A DNA stretch of 64,000 nucleotides from Octopus sinensis (GCF_006345805.1 NC_042999.1:103354001-103418000); one strand, 5' to 3'; positions 12,730 to 25,819 are shown, numbered from the stretch's first letter. The notes: generated by a model from the letters alone, not told the origin. Made by a program: numbers and translations.

Positions 12730-14307
12730 GAGCCGGGTTCTTCAGTAGCTAAATGAAGTTTAGATGACGAATCGAATAACAAATGAAAAGTATTGTGTTG
12801 GATATTTACTGCATGCGTTTCTATGCACTGGGCTTAATTATGATTGTGGATTTAAACCACACAGCCATGACAAATTCGTTTCGCAACTACTTTGGGGTCC
12901 AGATTCGATGCGGGGTACCTTGGACAAGTGTCATCTGCTATAGTACCGAGTGACCCATCGTACACACACACACACACTTGCTGAGCATTCCGTCGTTGCT
13001 GGGTACTTTTCACAGTAGAATTCTTTGGCAGACTTTCGGTATAGTACAACCACGTAAGTTGGATTTTCTCGATTTTGACAGGGATTTCTCCATTTCTATT
13101 TTCACCACTACCTTGCAAATGATAGGGGGAAGCTTTTTATGAAAAATAATTTTTCAAACATTTATGAATCCTCCCTGCCACCCTTCCTGACCGATTTTGT
13201 CCAATTTTTTTCTTGCACTACGCACATAGAACAATGGGAGACACCTTTTCAGTAAAAAAAAAAAAGAAAACCTTTTTAAACTTATGAGTCTTGAAGGTTA
13301 AGAAACACACAATAACAGAAAATAAAACGTAATTTAAAAGTAATAATGAATTAAACAAAACTTTTCCATTAGCAAAATAAATCCCAAAGTTTGGGCTTTT
13401 TACGAAATATTTTTTAATCATAGTTTTAAAAAATGAACAGTCTGAATCTGAAATTTGTTTCTGCTTATAATTTCAAAATAATTTTCAGACAAAAAGGTGT
13501 TTGATTTAAGGGAAATTTAGCTGTTGTTTCTAGCCCATCCCTTGTCCACCTGGTACCTTTATCGTTTCTTTGCCACTTTGACATATATTGATATCTTTTA
13601 ATATCTTTCTCCCCATAGACATCAATTTATGAAATGATGTGGTGAACCATTGGTGAGACATAAGCAGCCACAAAAATATTTGCTATCTAAATCTTTGTCT
13701 CCACCCAACATCCAGTGAGCGTGCGTTTATGTGTATGTGTGTGTGTTTGTGCTTGTATGTGTGTATGTGTGCGCGCGCGTGTGAGTGCGTGTGTGTGTAA
13801 GAAAAACTTTTACTAAGAGAAAATTATACCATTAAAATAAACTTTTAGATATATTTTTTAAAATCACTCTGTCACCCGAATGAAATTCTCTACACACATA
13901 TATACACACTCATGTTACACACAAACACACACATACACACACCGAATCAGCGTGAACTATATGCCTTTATGAACAGTGAGAAAGTTTGACATGAGAAAAT
14001 GAAAGAGATAACAAATTGAGAGAGATGGACCTTTTCCCTCGCTCTCACAGATTTTGAAATTTTAAAACTAAGTATAAATTTTCATGTTTGATGTATTGAT
14101 GTATTTTATCACGAAAAATTCGAGTTTGTGATTAATTTACTCCGGAAAAGTTTTTTAAAATTTTACAAATTTGATCGCCTTGTCTCAATCAGAAAACAGA
14201 ATTTGGAACTTAATCATTTTGTACGTGATGTGTATCATAAAATGAAAGTGAAAATTAGAAGAGGAGGTTTTATTCAAAACGAAAGCTTGGCGTGAGAATT
14301 AATGTAT

Positions 14308-14385
<78 letters not shown>

Positions 14386-14743
14386 TATCAGAGAATAAGG
14401 TAAATATATAGAGATAGATAGATAGATTAATGGTAATAGACTGAGAGTTGGAGGGTTGTCGATCTAAAAGTTAAGTTATTTCTCATAGCAAATTATGTTC
14501 CTTTTTATTGTTATTTACGGACGACATTGTCTTTGAGAAGCAGATTTAGAAAATGAAATTCATTTTCCTCGAGGATGCACAGTTTCAGAGCGTTTGGGGG
14601 CCATATACACATATACAACCACTTACAAACGCTGGGATGGGTGCATTGTTGTGCAATGTGACTATTTCGAAGGAGCTGATGTTAAAACTTAGGTAAATAA
14701 GTTATATCTTTATTAAACATAACTAACCCAGGAATCTCTTGAT

Positions 14744-14952
14744 ACCACTTGCCAGACCGTGTGTTGAAACTACAAAATTAATATAATGTGGAAGTCACAT
14801 GTTACAGAATGACAATCACAAGAAGATTGTGATTTGTCAATGACACTGCATTTGAACTAGATGCTTCTACTACATACATAACTGTATGTACAACAATATA
14901 TGTTTCAACACACGAAATCACATCAAGAATCTAGCAAAACGAATATATAAAC

Positions 14953-14986
<34 letters not shown>

Positions 14987-15120
14987 CGGTGGTGCACTTG
15001 CCAGACCGTGTGTTGAAACTAAAACGATTAGAATATGGAAGTCACATGTTATAGATTCAAAATCACAAAAAGATTGTGACTTGTCAATGACACTGCATTT
15101 GAACTGGATGCTTCTACTGC
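14744..15120 (+). repeat. Diverged ~125-bp direct repeat (two copies ~250 bp apart)
   Basis: cacttgccagaccgtgtgttgaaacta...gtcaatgacactgcatttgaact.gatgcttctact occurs at ~14745 and ~14995. Confidence 0.8.
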
Positions 15121-15309
15121 ATATGCAGTGTCAGTGGTTGGGCTGCAGTTTCGAATGACGAAAAGTTTGTTATCGTATTACAAACAATAAATGTTTATAT
15201 GAAGCGTACAGCCTTTGAGTGTTTGTGAATGGCTAACAGATGTCTTCCACGCTGCACTCGTGATATACATACATACATACATACATACATACATACATAC
15301 ATACATACA

Positions 15310-15342
<33 letters not shown>

Positions 15343-16589
15343 TCATACATACATATATATATACGTATGTTCCTGTCCATGACAAAATCGCAGATTACAT
15401 CATACATGTGCGTATGTATATACATATAGATGTATATATGTATATATGTGTGCCTTTGTATTTGTGCTTGTTCCCAAATCGTGTAGTGTTTATTCCCTCG
15501 TAATCTTATGGTTTGGCAAAGGACGCCGGTAGAATGTACCAGACTTTAAAAGTGTACGATATGTTCGAATAACCAAAGACGATAATGCTCCAGTGTAGCA
15601 GCAACCCAAAGACTGAAACAAAATAAAGATTAAATATGTATTGTAATTTCTATGCTAAATCTTATCAAATTTAAAACTACAGTTGTTAAACTTTTCAATG
15701 TAGAACTTTATATATAAATGAGTGTATCTTGCTCTTCTCTTCATATACAGAACAATAAAGGAAGATTGCTTTAAAATACTTCACGGCTTGTTAATCACAC
15801 ATTGGAATTTAAAATAGGAGACTCTTGTCCTCTGATAAACGCTCAGCATACTATGAGACATATCAAAACAATATTCATTATATTTGTGTGTGTGGTGTGT
15901 GTGTGTGTGTGGTGTGTGTGTGTGTGTGTGTGTGTTGTGTGTGTGTGAGCGTTTGTGTGTGTGTGCGCGCAGGAAGAGAACAACAAGATGTATTGTCATC
16001 TGTTTAAAATATCCACAGCTAAAGGCTTATATATTGTATTTGAACTACTTTAAATTTATCTTCCATTTTCTACCATGCTGAGATGTGTATAAATATTTGA
16101 TAATTATATAATCATACCGCTGGCAAACACACGGTATGCAAATTGTTCAAGTTTATGTTCAATATTAATATTTCTATTTCCTATATATTCTCTTCGTCGA
16201 TGAGAGGCCACTTGTTCTCTGATAAGTGGTCAGCGAAGTATCAAACATGACAGGACAATCTCCTTCATTTTTTTCTTTGTGCGAAGAGAATAACAAGCTG
16301 TATCCCCATCTGTTTAAACAAATTATACAGTATACTCACAAAATTGGAGAACACATCGAATAAGGCAGTTGTAAGCTGGAACGACCTGGTGTTAAACAGC
16401 CCTAACTACAGAGCAAGAAACCAACCAACGAGATTGTTTCTTTTCTCTTTGTTATTTATACATTTCAATATAGCACTTGTAATATCAAATACCGTTTATA
16501 GGTGAGGAAATGGCATAATTAGATCGTCGGACGAAATGTCTCAAAATATTTATTCCAGCACTCAGGTGGAATAGTTAGCACGCAGAATA

Positions 16590-16800
16590 GTTAGCTGGCT
16601 GGATAGTTAGCATGCCAGGCAAAATACCTAGCGGCATTTCGTCTATCTTTACGTTCTGGATTCAAATGCCATCAACGTCAACTTAGCCTTTCATTATTTC
16701 GTGGTCGATATAATAAGTATCTGTTAATCACTGGGGTCGATGTAATCGAATTACACTCTTCACCAAAATTGCTGGTCTTGTACTAAAATTTGAAACCGAT
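16590..16800 (+). mobile_element. SINE family B
   Basis: gttagcatgccaggcaaaat...ttacgttctggattcaaat...ctggggtcgatgtaatcga...aaaatttgaaacc. Confidence 0.75.
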
Positions 16801-17148
16801 ATTTATTCCTATCTCCACCCCATTATATTCTGATTCTAAATCTCATTGAAGTCAGCTTTTCCTTTCGTTCTTCCAGCGTCGATAGATAAAACACTAGTAT
16901 TTTGCAGGAGATTGGCAGAAACATTAAAAGACCAAGGGAGATAATTTTAAAATTTTGTTCTAATTCTTTCCGTTCTAAATTCAAATCCCACTACGGCTTA
17001 CTTGGTGGGTAGACATAACCCGTGGCACAATTTAATACTATCACCTAGCAATTGGGTACCTTTTACATATCTCACTGCGCTGCAAACATTTGAGCCTGGC
17101 TTTCAGAAAATATTCTAGCGTCAGGTATTGTAAACCGTTTCTTTAAAT

Positions 17149-17262
17149 CATAAATGTATATATGTATAAATGTATATATGTATAAATGTATATATGTATA
17201 AATGTATATATGTATAAATGTATATATGTATATATAAATCATAAATGTATATATGTATATAT
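17149..17262. repeat. 16-bp minisatellite (ataaatgtatatatgt)n
   Basis: About five tandem copies plus a partial copy immediately 5' of the LINE. Confidence 0.85.
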
Positions 17263-19326
17263 AAGAAATCTACTAACACAAACAGAAACCGGCTCCCTAA
17301 AAAGAAAAAAACACTCATTAGGCGCATCAAAAGACTCAACAAAAAAATCAACCAATTAAAATATTCCCACACGCAACATCCACATTCAACAACAATGAAA
17401 AGACTAGAGCTGGAAAAACTTCATCTGCAGACTAACATGAAAACCTCCATTGAAAATCAAAGAGCTGTGGAGGAACAATGGGTAATCAAAAACATCAAAC
17501 AGAACCCAAAAGTGTTTTATTCTTATGCAAATAAGCATAGAACCACTGTCTCACCTATTGGGCCATTAATTGATGAAAACGGCATTCCCCAACACGATGC
17601 TAAAGAAATGGCAGAAATACTGCAGAAACAATATTGCTCTGTCTTCAGTGTTCCCACTGATATTGATGTGAGGGAAACGAACGAAGCTGACTCCCAACAC
17701 AAAATCGCAGACATAACCTTCACTGCCACCGACATCGTAGCAGCAATAAATGAGGTCAAACATTACTCTGCTGTAGGCCCTGATAGATTTCCCGCCAGTC
17801 TCCTGAAGGAATGTAGATATCAACTTGCAGTCCCTCTGACCAACCTCTGGAGAAACTCGTTAGACGCAGGTTATATACCGAAAAAGTTTCTATCCCAGTC
17901 GGTCATCCCGGTTTTCAAACAGGGAAACAGATCCCTCCCAGTCAACTATCGCCCAATCTCACTCACCTCCCACATCATTAAAGTGTTTGAAAGAGTGTTA
18001 AGATCAAGGATAGCTGACTTCCTGGAGACCCACAAACTCCTAAATTCAAATCAGCATGGCTTTCGCTGTGGCAGGGACTGTCTAACACAGCTCTTACACC
18101 ACATTGAAGATGTACTCAAAGCCTTGGGAACAGGTTCGAACTCTGACGTCATATACCTTGACTTCAGTAAAGCGTTCGACAGGGTAGACCATAACATCCT
18201 ACTCTCAAAATTGGCAAATGTTGGAATCCGTGGAAAAGTTCTACACTGGATTCAGTATTTCCTAGCGAATAGAACACAACATGTTGTAGTTGATGGAGTC
18301 CACTCAAACCCAGCAAAAGTCACCAGCGGTGTTCCCCAGGGAACTGTTTTGGGTCCGCTACTCTTCATAATTTATGTAAACGAACTTTCCAGTGTCGTAC
18401 ATCACTGCAAAGTGAAAATATTCGCTGATGACACTAAGCTCCAGCAAATCGTCAATGAAGAAGCAGACCGAACTCAACTCCAGTCTGACCTATATGCTGT
18501 GAGTCAATGGGCAGACAGAAACAAAATGCAACTGAATGAGGGAAAATTTGAGCTGATGCATTTTGGAAGAAATTCCTCACTAAAACAACCATACTCTCTT
18601 CCTTCAGGGGAACCGCTCACAGCCTCTAACAATATCAGAGACCTGGGTGTAATTGTTGATGATGATCTCAGTTGGAGTGCACACATCAACAAGAAGGTCG
18701 ATACAGCTCGTAGGATGAGTTCCTGGATCTTAAGAACTTTCCGGTTCAGAGAACAAGGTGTCATCATACCACTTTTTTCATCCTTTGTACGGCCGCACCT
18801 TGAATACTGCTGCCCACTGTGGTCTCCTCACACAAGACAAAACATCTCCAGAATTGAGTCACCCCAGAGGGCTCTCACTAAACAAATTGAAGGCATGGCT
18901 GCTCTCGATTATTGGGATCGCCTTAAAGCCTTGAAACTTTACTCCCTCCAGCGTCGCCGTGAGCAGTACATCATTTGTACGATGTGGAAAATATACCGCC
19001 AACTTTGCCCAAACGACCTAAACATTAGCTTCAAGGTTCATCCGAGACTTGGACCACGGGCTATACGTCCCCTGCCAAATTCAAGATCACAACATACATG
19101 TACACTGCAACATAATTTCTTTTCCTCAACAGGCCCTGCCCTATTTAACATTGTCCCGAGGGAGATCAAAGAGGAAAAGGATCCCATCAACTTCAAACAG
19201 AGTCTGGATAGATTCCTTCAAAGAATACCAGATAAGCCACCCATAATTGGATACAACTCACCCAACAAGAACTCACTACTTGAACAAAACTGGATACAAC
19301 TCACCCAACAAGAACTCACTACTTGA
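17263..19326 (+). CDS. LINE ORF2 C-terminal portion: reverse transcriptase (first internal ATG 17395)
   Basis: Motifs VGPDRFP, NYRPISLTSHIIKVFERV, QHGFR.GR.CLTQL, YLDFSKAFDRVDH, SGVPQGTVLGPLLF, FADDTK, HLEYCCPLWSPH, YWDRLKALKLYSLQRRR. No internal stop. Confidence 0.92.
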   Translation, partial: KKSTNTNRNRLPKKKKTLIRRIKRLNKKINQLKYSHTQHPHSTTMKRLELEKLHLQTNMKTSIENQRAVEEQWVIKNIKQNPKVFYSYANKHRTTVSPIGPLIDENGIPQHDAKEMAEILQKQYCSVFSVPTDIDVRETNEADSQHKIADITFTATDIVAAINEVKHYSAVGPDRFPASLLKECRYQLAVPLTNLWRNSLDAGYIPKKFLSQSVIPVFKQGNRSLPVNYRPISLTSHIIKVFERVLRSRIADFLETHKLLNSNQHGFRCGRDCLTQLLHHIEDVLKALGTGSNSDVIYLDFSKAFDRVDHNILLSKLANVGIRGKVLHWIQYFLANRTQHVVVDGVHSNPAKVTSGVPQGTVLGPLLFIIYVNELSSVVHHCKVKIFADDTKLQQIVNEEADRTQLQSDLYAVSQWADRNKMQLNEGKFELMHFGRNSSLKQPYSLPSGEPLTASNNIRDLGVIVDDDLSWSAHINKKVDTARRMSSWILRTFRFREQGVIIPLFSSFVRPHLEYCCPLWSPHTRQNISRIESPQRALTKQIEGMAALDYWDRLKALKLYSLQRRREQYIICTMWKIYRQLCPNDLNISFKVHPRLGPRAIRPLPNSRSQHTCTLQHNFFSSTGPALFNIVPREIKEEKDPINFKQSLDRFLQRIPDKPPIIGYNSPNKNSLLEQNWIQLTQQELTT

Positions 19327-19440
19327 ACAAAACTTGACTTAAACAGGATTCGAATAATCCTATCAGGTGGTGCTATTAAGTTAGACATGGCCTGGACCAA
19401 TCTCTGGTCGAAACATATCTAAGTTTTTATCTAAGTTTTA
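17263..19440 (+). mobile_element. 5'-truncated CR1-group non-LTR retrotransposon
   Basis: Uninterrupted RT frame, no APE domain. 3' stem-loop gacca-atctc-tggtc at 19395-19409, tail (atctaagtttt[t])x2, flanked by TA-rich repeats on both sides. Confidence 0.9.
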
Positions 19441-19448
19441 TATATATA

Positions 19449-19504
<56 letters not shown>

Positions 19505-20202
19505 GCCTGATAAACTCATGTTTATCTTTGTCATTACCTGTAATCTACGAGCATAGTATGCTTGTATGCTTGTGTATGTATGTGCAGGGATAACATAGGT
19601 AATTATACCAGTAGTATTTATCTCTCAGATGGTTATTCCAACCTCTAACTCTATTAAGTTATATATGCATACATATGGACATCTGTGTGTGTGTGCGTAT
19701 GTGTGTGTTAGGTATCTCTCCACCCTGAAGACGGAGGCCGGGTTTACTTGATGTTCTTATACATCCACTACTGATTGCATATTCTTGACATTTTGCAAGT
19801 TGTATCTGCCAATATTATTATGTAATTACGAGCCCCGCCCCGCCAAAAAACCGCAGTCAGCAGTTTTCTGTGTTTTTGTACTCTATGTAATTCTACTCTG
19901 TTAATATATAAATATCTACGTATTGACACATGAATGTTCATCGTCTAAATATTTTAAGTCTTTCTATTTATATGTATATATGTATGTATATATTATATAC
20001 CTAGCTTCTCTCTCTCCCCTCACCTTCTTTTTGTCTCTCTCTGTCAATCTGTCTTTATCTCTCTCTCTTTATATATATGTATGTGTGTGTGTGTGTGTGG
20101 TGTGTGTGTGTGTGCGTGCGAGTGTATGTGTATACAACATATGTAATTTTTGTATCTTGGGTCTTGGGAAGGTCATTATACCAATAATAAATACAGTTGC
20201 TA

Positions 20203-20860
20203 AGACGGCTAGCTGGCAGAAACGTTAGCACACCGGGCGAAATTCGTAGCCGTATTTCGTCTGCCGTTAGTTTCTGAGTTCAAATTCCGTCGGGGTCGAC
20301 TTTGCCCTTCATCCTTTCGGGGACGATAAATTAAGTGCCAGTTACGCACTGGGGTCGATGTAATCGACTTAATCCGTTTGTCTGTCCTTGTTTGTTCTCT
20401 CTGTGTTTAGCCCTTTGTGGGTAGTAAAGAAATAAGTAACGTTAGCACACCGGGCGAAATGCTTAACGGTATTTCGTCTGTCTTTACCTTCTGAGTTCAA
20501 TTCCGCCGAAGTCGACTTTGCCTTTCATCCTTTCGGGGTCGATAAATTCAGTACCAGTTGCGTACTGAAGTCGATCTAATCTACTGGCACCCTGCCCTAA
20601 AATATCAGGCCTTGTGCCTAGAGTAGAAAATAAGTAAAATAGGTGCTTCCTCTGTATTTCTTTCATTATTATTATTATTAAGGCGGCGAGCTGGGAGAAT
20701 CGTTAACACGCCGGTTATCAGTATTTTGCCCGTGGTTACGTTCTGGATTCAAATTCCTCCGAGGTCGACTTTGCCTTTCATCCTTTCGGTGTTGATAAAT
20801 TAAGTACCAGTGAAATATTGGGGGTCGATATATTCGACTAGTGCCTATAGTTGAAAGGAT
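20203..20860 (+). mobile_element. Three SINE family B copies in tandem (~20203, ~20436, ~20681)
   Basis: Repeated cgttagcacaccgggcgaaat...gtcgactttgcctttcatcctttcgggg blocks. Confidence 0.85.
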
Positions 20861-21506
20861 TATCGTTAGTCAATTGGTTTACTATTGAAGCAATTAAATA
20901 ATTGGTAGTTTATTTTCCCGCCATGTTGCAGCGCATGGAAAATTCTTCAAACAGACAGCTATAGCGATATCCATCATCTTCTTTTGCAGTGGGCACGCAG
21001 AATCGCTTCAAAGTCGGAAAAAAATCCTTGGCATTTTGATAAGTCCAAACCTAACGGAAATATAATTTACCTCCTGTCCTTCATTGTTTGATGAAGTAAA
21101 TTATAATCTAAAGACGGGTCGATTTGATCGAGATGAACCTCTCTCCACGATTCGAACCGATATATCTATATCAGAAACTAGTAGCATAAAAGAAAGTATC
21201 TGAAATGTTTACGTATTTAATTTAGCCTATATAGTTTTTAGTTAAAAATCAACTCAGGTGAACTTTTCTATTTATGTGTTCGGAATCGATGAAACAAAAT
21301 ACCAGATAAGTACGGGAATCATTTTAATAATCGAATAAAGCATCCCAGATGTGAATTAAATATTAAACGATCTAAGAAGATATTTTGAAGATGTTTGTTG
21401 ATCAATAGTGTGGTCTTAAAAATAAATAATAATAATAACGATGATGATGAAGATGATGATAATGATCATAATAATAATAGCAGTAACAACAACAACTACA
21501 ACATCC

Positions 21507-21555
<49 letters not shown>

Positions 21556-21949
21556 TAATAGTAATAATAATAACAGCAATAGAAGATCGCGTGGATTGTA
21601 TATTGATTATAAAGTGTTTGCAATATTTAAAATCTAGCTACGGCAATAGATAGTCTGAAAAAGAAAATATTTAACATCTAGATGTTTAATCGTCATATTT
21701 TTCTCGTTTCAGATACCGGAAATAAGTGGATATTATTATCATTCTTAATGCCGTTAATAACATTTGAAATATAAAATTTCTTCTAACAACATTGATATAA
21801 CTTCGCAATTTGGTAAGTAAACACATTTATCTAAAATTTTATATTATCATTCTTACAGCTCTGTATCTCTCACACTCACTTACTATCTATCTATCAATGC
21901 ATCTATCTATCTTTCCTTCTATCGCTTTTTTTCTAATTCTATCTTTGTG

Positions 21950-22105
21950 TGCCCGTGTGGTAAGAAGCTTGCTTCCTAACCACGTGAACCCGCGTTCTGT
22001 CTCGCTGCGTGACAGCTTAACTAAGTACCTTCTTCTAAACTTTCGGCCTGACCAAAGTTTTTTGAGTGGATTTGGTTCACAGAACCAGAAAGAAACCTGC
22101 CGTGT
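21950..22105 (+). mobile_element. SINE family A, diverged 5' half
   Basis: gtgtggtaagaagcttgcttcctaaccac...gaccaaag...gagtggatttgg. Confidence 0.75.
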
Positions 22106-22112
22106 ATATGTA

Positions 22113-22149
<37 letters not shown>

Positions 22150-22539
22150 ATGCGTGTACGTATGTAGGTGTATATATATATATATAAAGTGATGGCATGT
22201 TGTCAACTTAATGTGACAGTCCCATGAAAGGGAAGAATGCTACTGCTATTGGTAGTTTATAGCTGGCCATGACACATTTTCTTTGTCCTTATTTTTTCAA
22301 AGGAAAGATAAGCCTCTCCACCCAGAAAGCCAGCATCAGAGGCTAGTTTCAGTGTCGTTGCTTATCATCAGCCTCGAGTAGTATGGCTTGCTAGCTGATT
22401 TCTTTTATTAAGCACAAAGGCTCTTATAAAGATGGGATGATACAAAGACAGATAAAACAATACAGTAAAACTGGCAGTTTCATTTTACAGTTTATGTATA
22501 TCATTTAACTTTCAGTTCAATATTCTGTTTTGTATCGTT

Positions 22540-24000
22540 TTTTCTTTCTTTTTTTAAAGTCACTAGTAATATAATTAATTTTTTTTTTACTTACTTTCTT
22601 TTATGATAACAACTGCATTATATCCTCAAATGCCACCACTGGTGGCAACTCATCGAATCGAAACTGCAGCGGATATACCTCTATCTTCTTTCCGCACAGC
22701 TGCTTCAACCTCTCACCCCTCTCCTTCTCAAGCAAGACCGCCTTGAATCCTCCGTTGCACTCCTTAGGGTCCAATTTCACCCTAATAACATGTTTTATTT
22801 TAGTGATCTTTTTTCGAAATCCACATTTATTGTTCTATACTGTATCAATGTTCGTACGTGTTTCCCCTGGTGCTCTTCTTTCTGTTTACCATCACCAAAC
22901 TCTTCTGTTATTGCTGGTATCTCCAATCCTTCCGTCTCTGCATGTCTCTCACTCGATGCTACTGACATTTCTCCTCTATCGTCCTTTTTCTCTGCCCTTT
23001 TACTTTCACCTCCTTACTATTATCGATCTTTGTTTTCTCTCTGCGTCTTTCTCAATTGATTTTGTCGGTATCTCATTTCTTTTCTGCTCGTTCGCTTTTC
23101 CCTTCTTTGATAAACCTTGTCTCTCCTCTACACATCCCTTTCTTTTCATCATGGGGACTCTTTGGTGGGGAGTTTGTTTCCTTCTCTCTTCTTTCTCTTC
23201 ACCACTGTGTACCTTTCTTCCATATTTTGCTCTACGCCTTGAACCTCTTCCTCTCCTCGCCGTTCCTTCTTCGTCACCTCCTCTTCGTGTTTCTGGGGAC
23301 ACTTAGCTTTCCTGTGTCCCCGCACTCCACACTGAAAGCATATGGGAGGTCTTCCCTCCACTATCACACTTCGCTTCGTCTCGTCTGGTAACACTACCTC
23401 CTCTGCAATTGTGTGAAGGTCTGGTAAACTGATTTGGACCGCAACCTCAAGGCCGTATCCCGAAAAGTTTACCTTTGTTGTTATTTTGAGAATTTTCGTC
23501 TCCTCTTCTGTGTTGTAGAGGATGGCTGCTGCTAGCCACGCCACTTCAATCTCCGGGGGGGGGGGGCACTCTGCCAATCCTAACCCTGACCTCAACGGCA
23601 CAGTGGAGTGCTTTATTGCTTCTTGTTCGCTCGCGAAGCGAACCTCCACTGTGCCATATTTCTTGCCTCTAGTATAAAACGTTGTGAGGCTTTTAATTTC
23701 TTTTAAATAATCCTCCACTGCCTCCGCTGTCGCCATTTCAATCCTTTTGGTAGTTATAAATAACGTTCTATAGATCACCGTCCTTTTCTCTGTCTTCCCA
23801 ATTACTTCCCTGGGCGGGGTCAGCCTCAGACTGTCTCCTTCCTTCACTGTCAGTTCGTTGAATTTCTTTAAATTCGTCTTATCAAGTTGTATCTCTCTTA
23901 CTTGTAAAATATCCGCAGTCAGACTTTTTCCAGTTACTGCTGGAACTGGTCGACTCTATAACTTCGTTAGCAACAACTTCACCCATAAGTGAGGAAGAAA
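22540..24000 (-). mobile_element. ORF1-only (gag-like) Tx1/L1-type retroelement, copy 1, frameshifted, with A-rich tail
   Basis: RRM-like TTFYTRGKKYGTVEVRFASEQEA and CCHC knuckle CFQCGVRGHRKAKC. The frame ends ...FEDIMQLLS* near 22605, followed directly by an A-rich tract on the minus strand. Confidence 0.75.
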
Positions 24001-24439
24001 ACAAAAAATAACAGGTAACTAAAAATAAATCAACAATTCGATAATTCAACAATTAGGTACGACAGACATTCAGCAATGAAGCAACAAGCGACTTACATCA
24101 AGCGACTAACAGCAAATTACAACAGGGAATCAAACGAGTTGACATCAAAGTGACTAACTGCGAGGCTTGCTAGCTTAATTCTTTATTACTGGCTCAAGGC
24201 CTAAACGCAGAGGCGACATACATAGACATGCGGGAACAAAATCCACATGAACGGATGAATGTGAAATGAATTAAATTACAATGAAAATAAGACGCTCTGA
24301 GATGAAACCTTGCATTCCTTTTTCTTTTAAACCTTTATATTTAACAGGACAATTTCCAGCCCCGTTCGGAGGCGAAACCGCGACTTTCCTTTTCGTTGTG
24401 ACCTTACAATTTAAAAACATTTTAAACAAATGTTCATAC

Positions 24440-25710
24440 ACGATTTACTTATTTTCTTTTTTCCTTTTTTTTTTAAACCAAAAAGTTTAACCCATTTTTT
24501 TACACAGTTTTCAGTTTCTAAATTAAATCACGACTTAACACTTCTTTTCGTTCACATATTTCTCCACCGAGGCGCGAAGTTCAAAATCCATCTCCGGCCT
24601 CAGTGGGTTCAATCTCTCACAATGTCTTTCAATTTTGAAATTTTTCAAGTTTGGGGTGTTCTATATTTCATTATAAATTTTCTTTTGTTTGTGTTTTGCA
24701 TGTTGTCGCTTTTTGTCTCTATATTTCTGCAGTTCTTGCCTTTCGTGTGATTGTATCTGCGTGTCTGTGTGTTCGTGTAATTTGTGTGTCTGTGTGTTTG
24801 TTTGACTGTAATTCTACGTGTTTCGTCTGTGTGTCTATGTCTTTAGTTTTCCTTAACTCTGGGTTTTCTTGTTCCTGTTCGTTATTACTTGTGTGCTTTT
24901 GCAATTCTACGTGTTTGAGAGTCTTCTGGTCTGACTGACTCTGTACATGTAAGTCCTATACTGGTGATCCTACTGGTAAATATTCTATGTTTCTTGTAGT
25001 GGGTTGGGTTTCCTCTTCCATTGCTTTGTACTTTTTCAATTCCACTATCGTCGGTGACTTCCTTCTCTCTCTTTTTTCTGGCTTTCACCTCCGCAAAGTT
25101 TCCGTCATATTCTGTTTTCTGTTTCTGCTTTTTTTACCATTATATCCCCCTGAATACTCTCCTCTACCATTTCCACTGTTGCTCTAGGGCATTTCTGTCT
25201 CAAGTGCCCTCTTTCACCACATTCGTAACACTTTAGGGGGCGGGTCCCCTCCAACATTATCTCCAGTCTTGCTTCATTTGGTAGCTCTAAAGTTCAGGTA
25301 CTTCGTTGTAATATTTCGGGCTCATTGCACAAATTATCTCTAATCCGTAACCCACCACTTCACTTGTGTTCGGCTTACCATGCCAATCCTCGCTTTCCTT
25401 CCTCAACTCCGAATTAAAAATTGAGACTATTATTCACTCTGGGTCTATCGACGGTGGGATTCTTCCCACCCTAATTCTAACAATTCTTTTGTCCAAGCAG
25501 TTAGACATCGGAGTCCATTTTTCTCCCTGTATCAGCTTGTTGGCGGGTTTTTTCGCCTCCTCTTCTGATAAAAAGGTTACTTCTATCGATGCATATCTCC
25601 TTCCTCTTGTAAAGAACGTTATGCTGTCTCCTATTTGTTCTTCCAAGATTTCTTCTATCTCTTCCTGCGGCGCGTATTCAATTCTTCGGCTTTCATATTA
25701 AGTTGACAAC
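24440..25710 (-). mobile_element. ORF1-only (gag-like) Tx1/L1-type retroelement, copy 2, 5'-truncated, disrupted
   Basis: TFFTRGRRYASIEVTFLSEEEA and knuckle CYECGERGHLRQKC (~25190-25231). The C-terminus resembles copy 1; A-rich tract at ~24440-24500. Confidence 0.7.
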
Positions 25711-25819
25711 ATGGCATCACTTTATTGTTCTGCTACTGTATAAATCTCTGAGAGATTTAGAAATGTAAATTTCTATTTTCGAAATCAGTGAATGTATTTC
25801 ACTTGAAATATATATATTT

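Noticed and set aside
22340-22385. Hammerhead-like CTGATGA...GAAAC on the minus strand
   Set aside because: Stem II cannot form and the cleavage triplet is out of register.
22743-23391. Hydrophobic 187-aa and 111-aa + strand ORFs as membrane proteins
   Set aside because: They are antisense to the purine-rich ORF1 of the retroelement, so the F/L/S richness is a compositional artefact.
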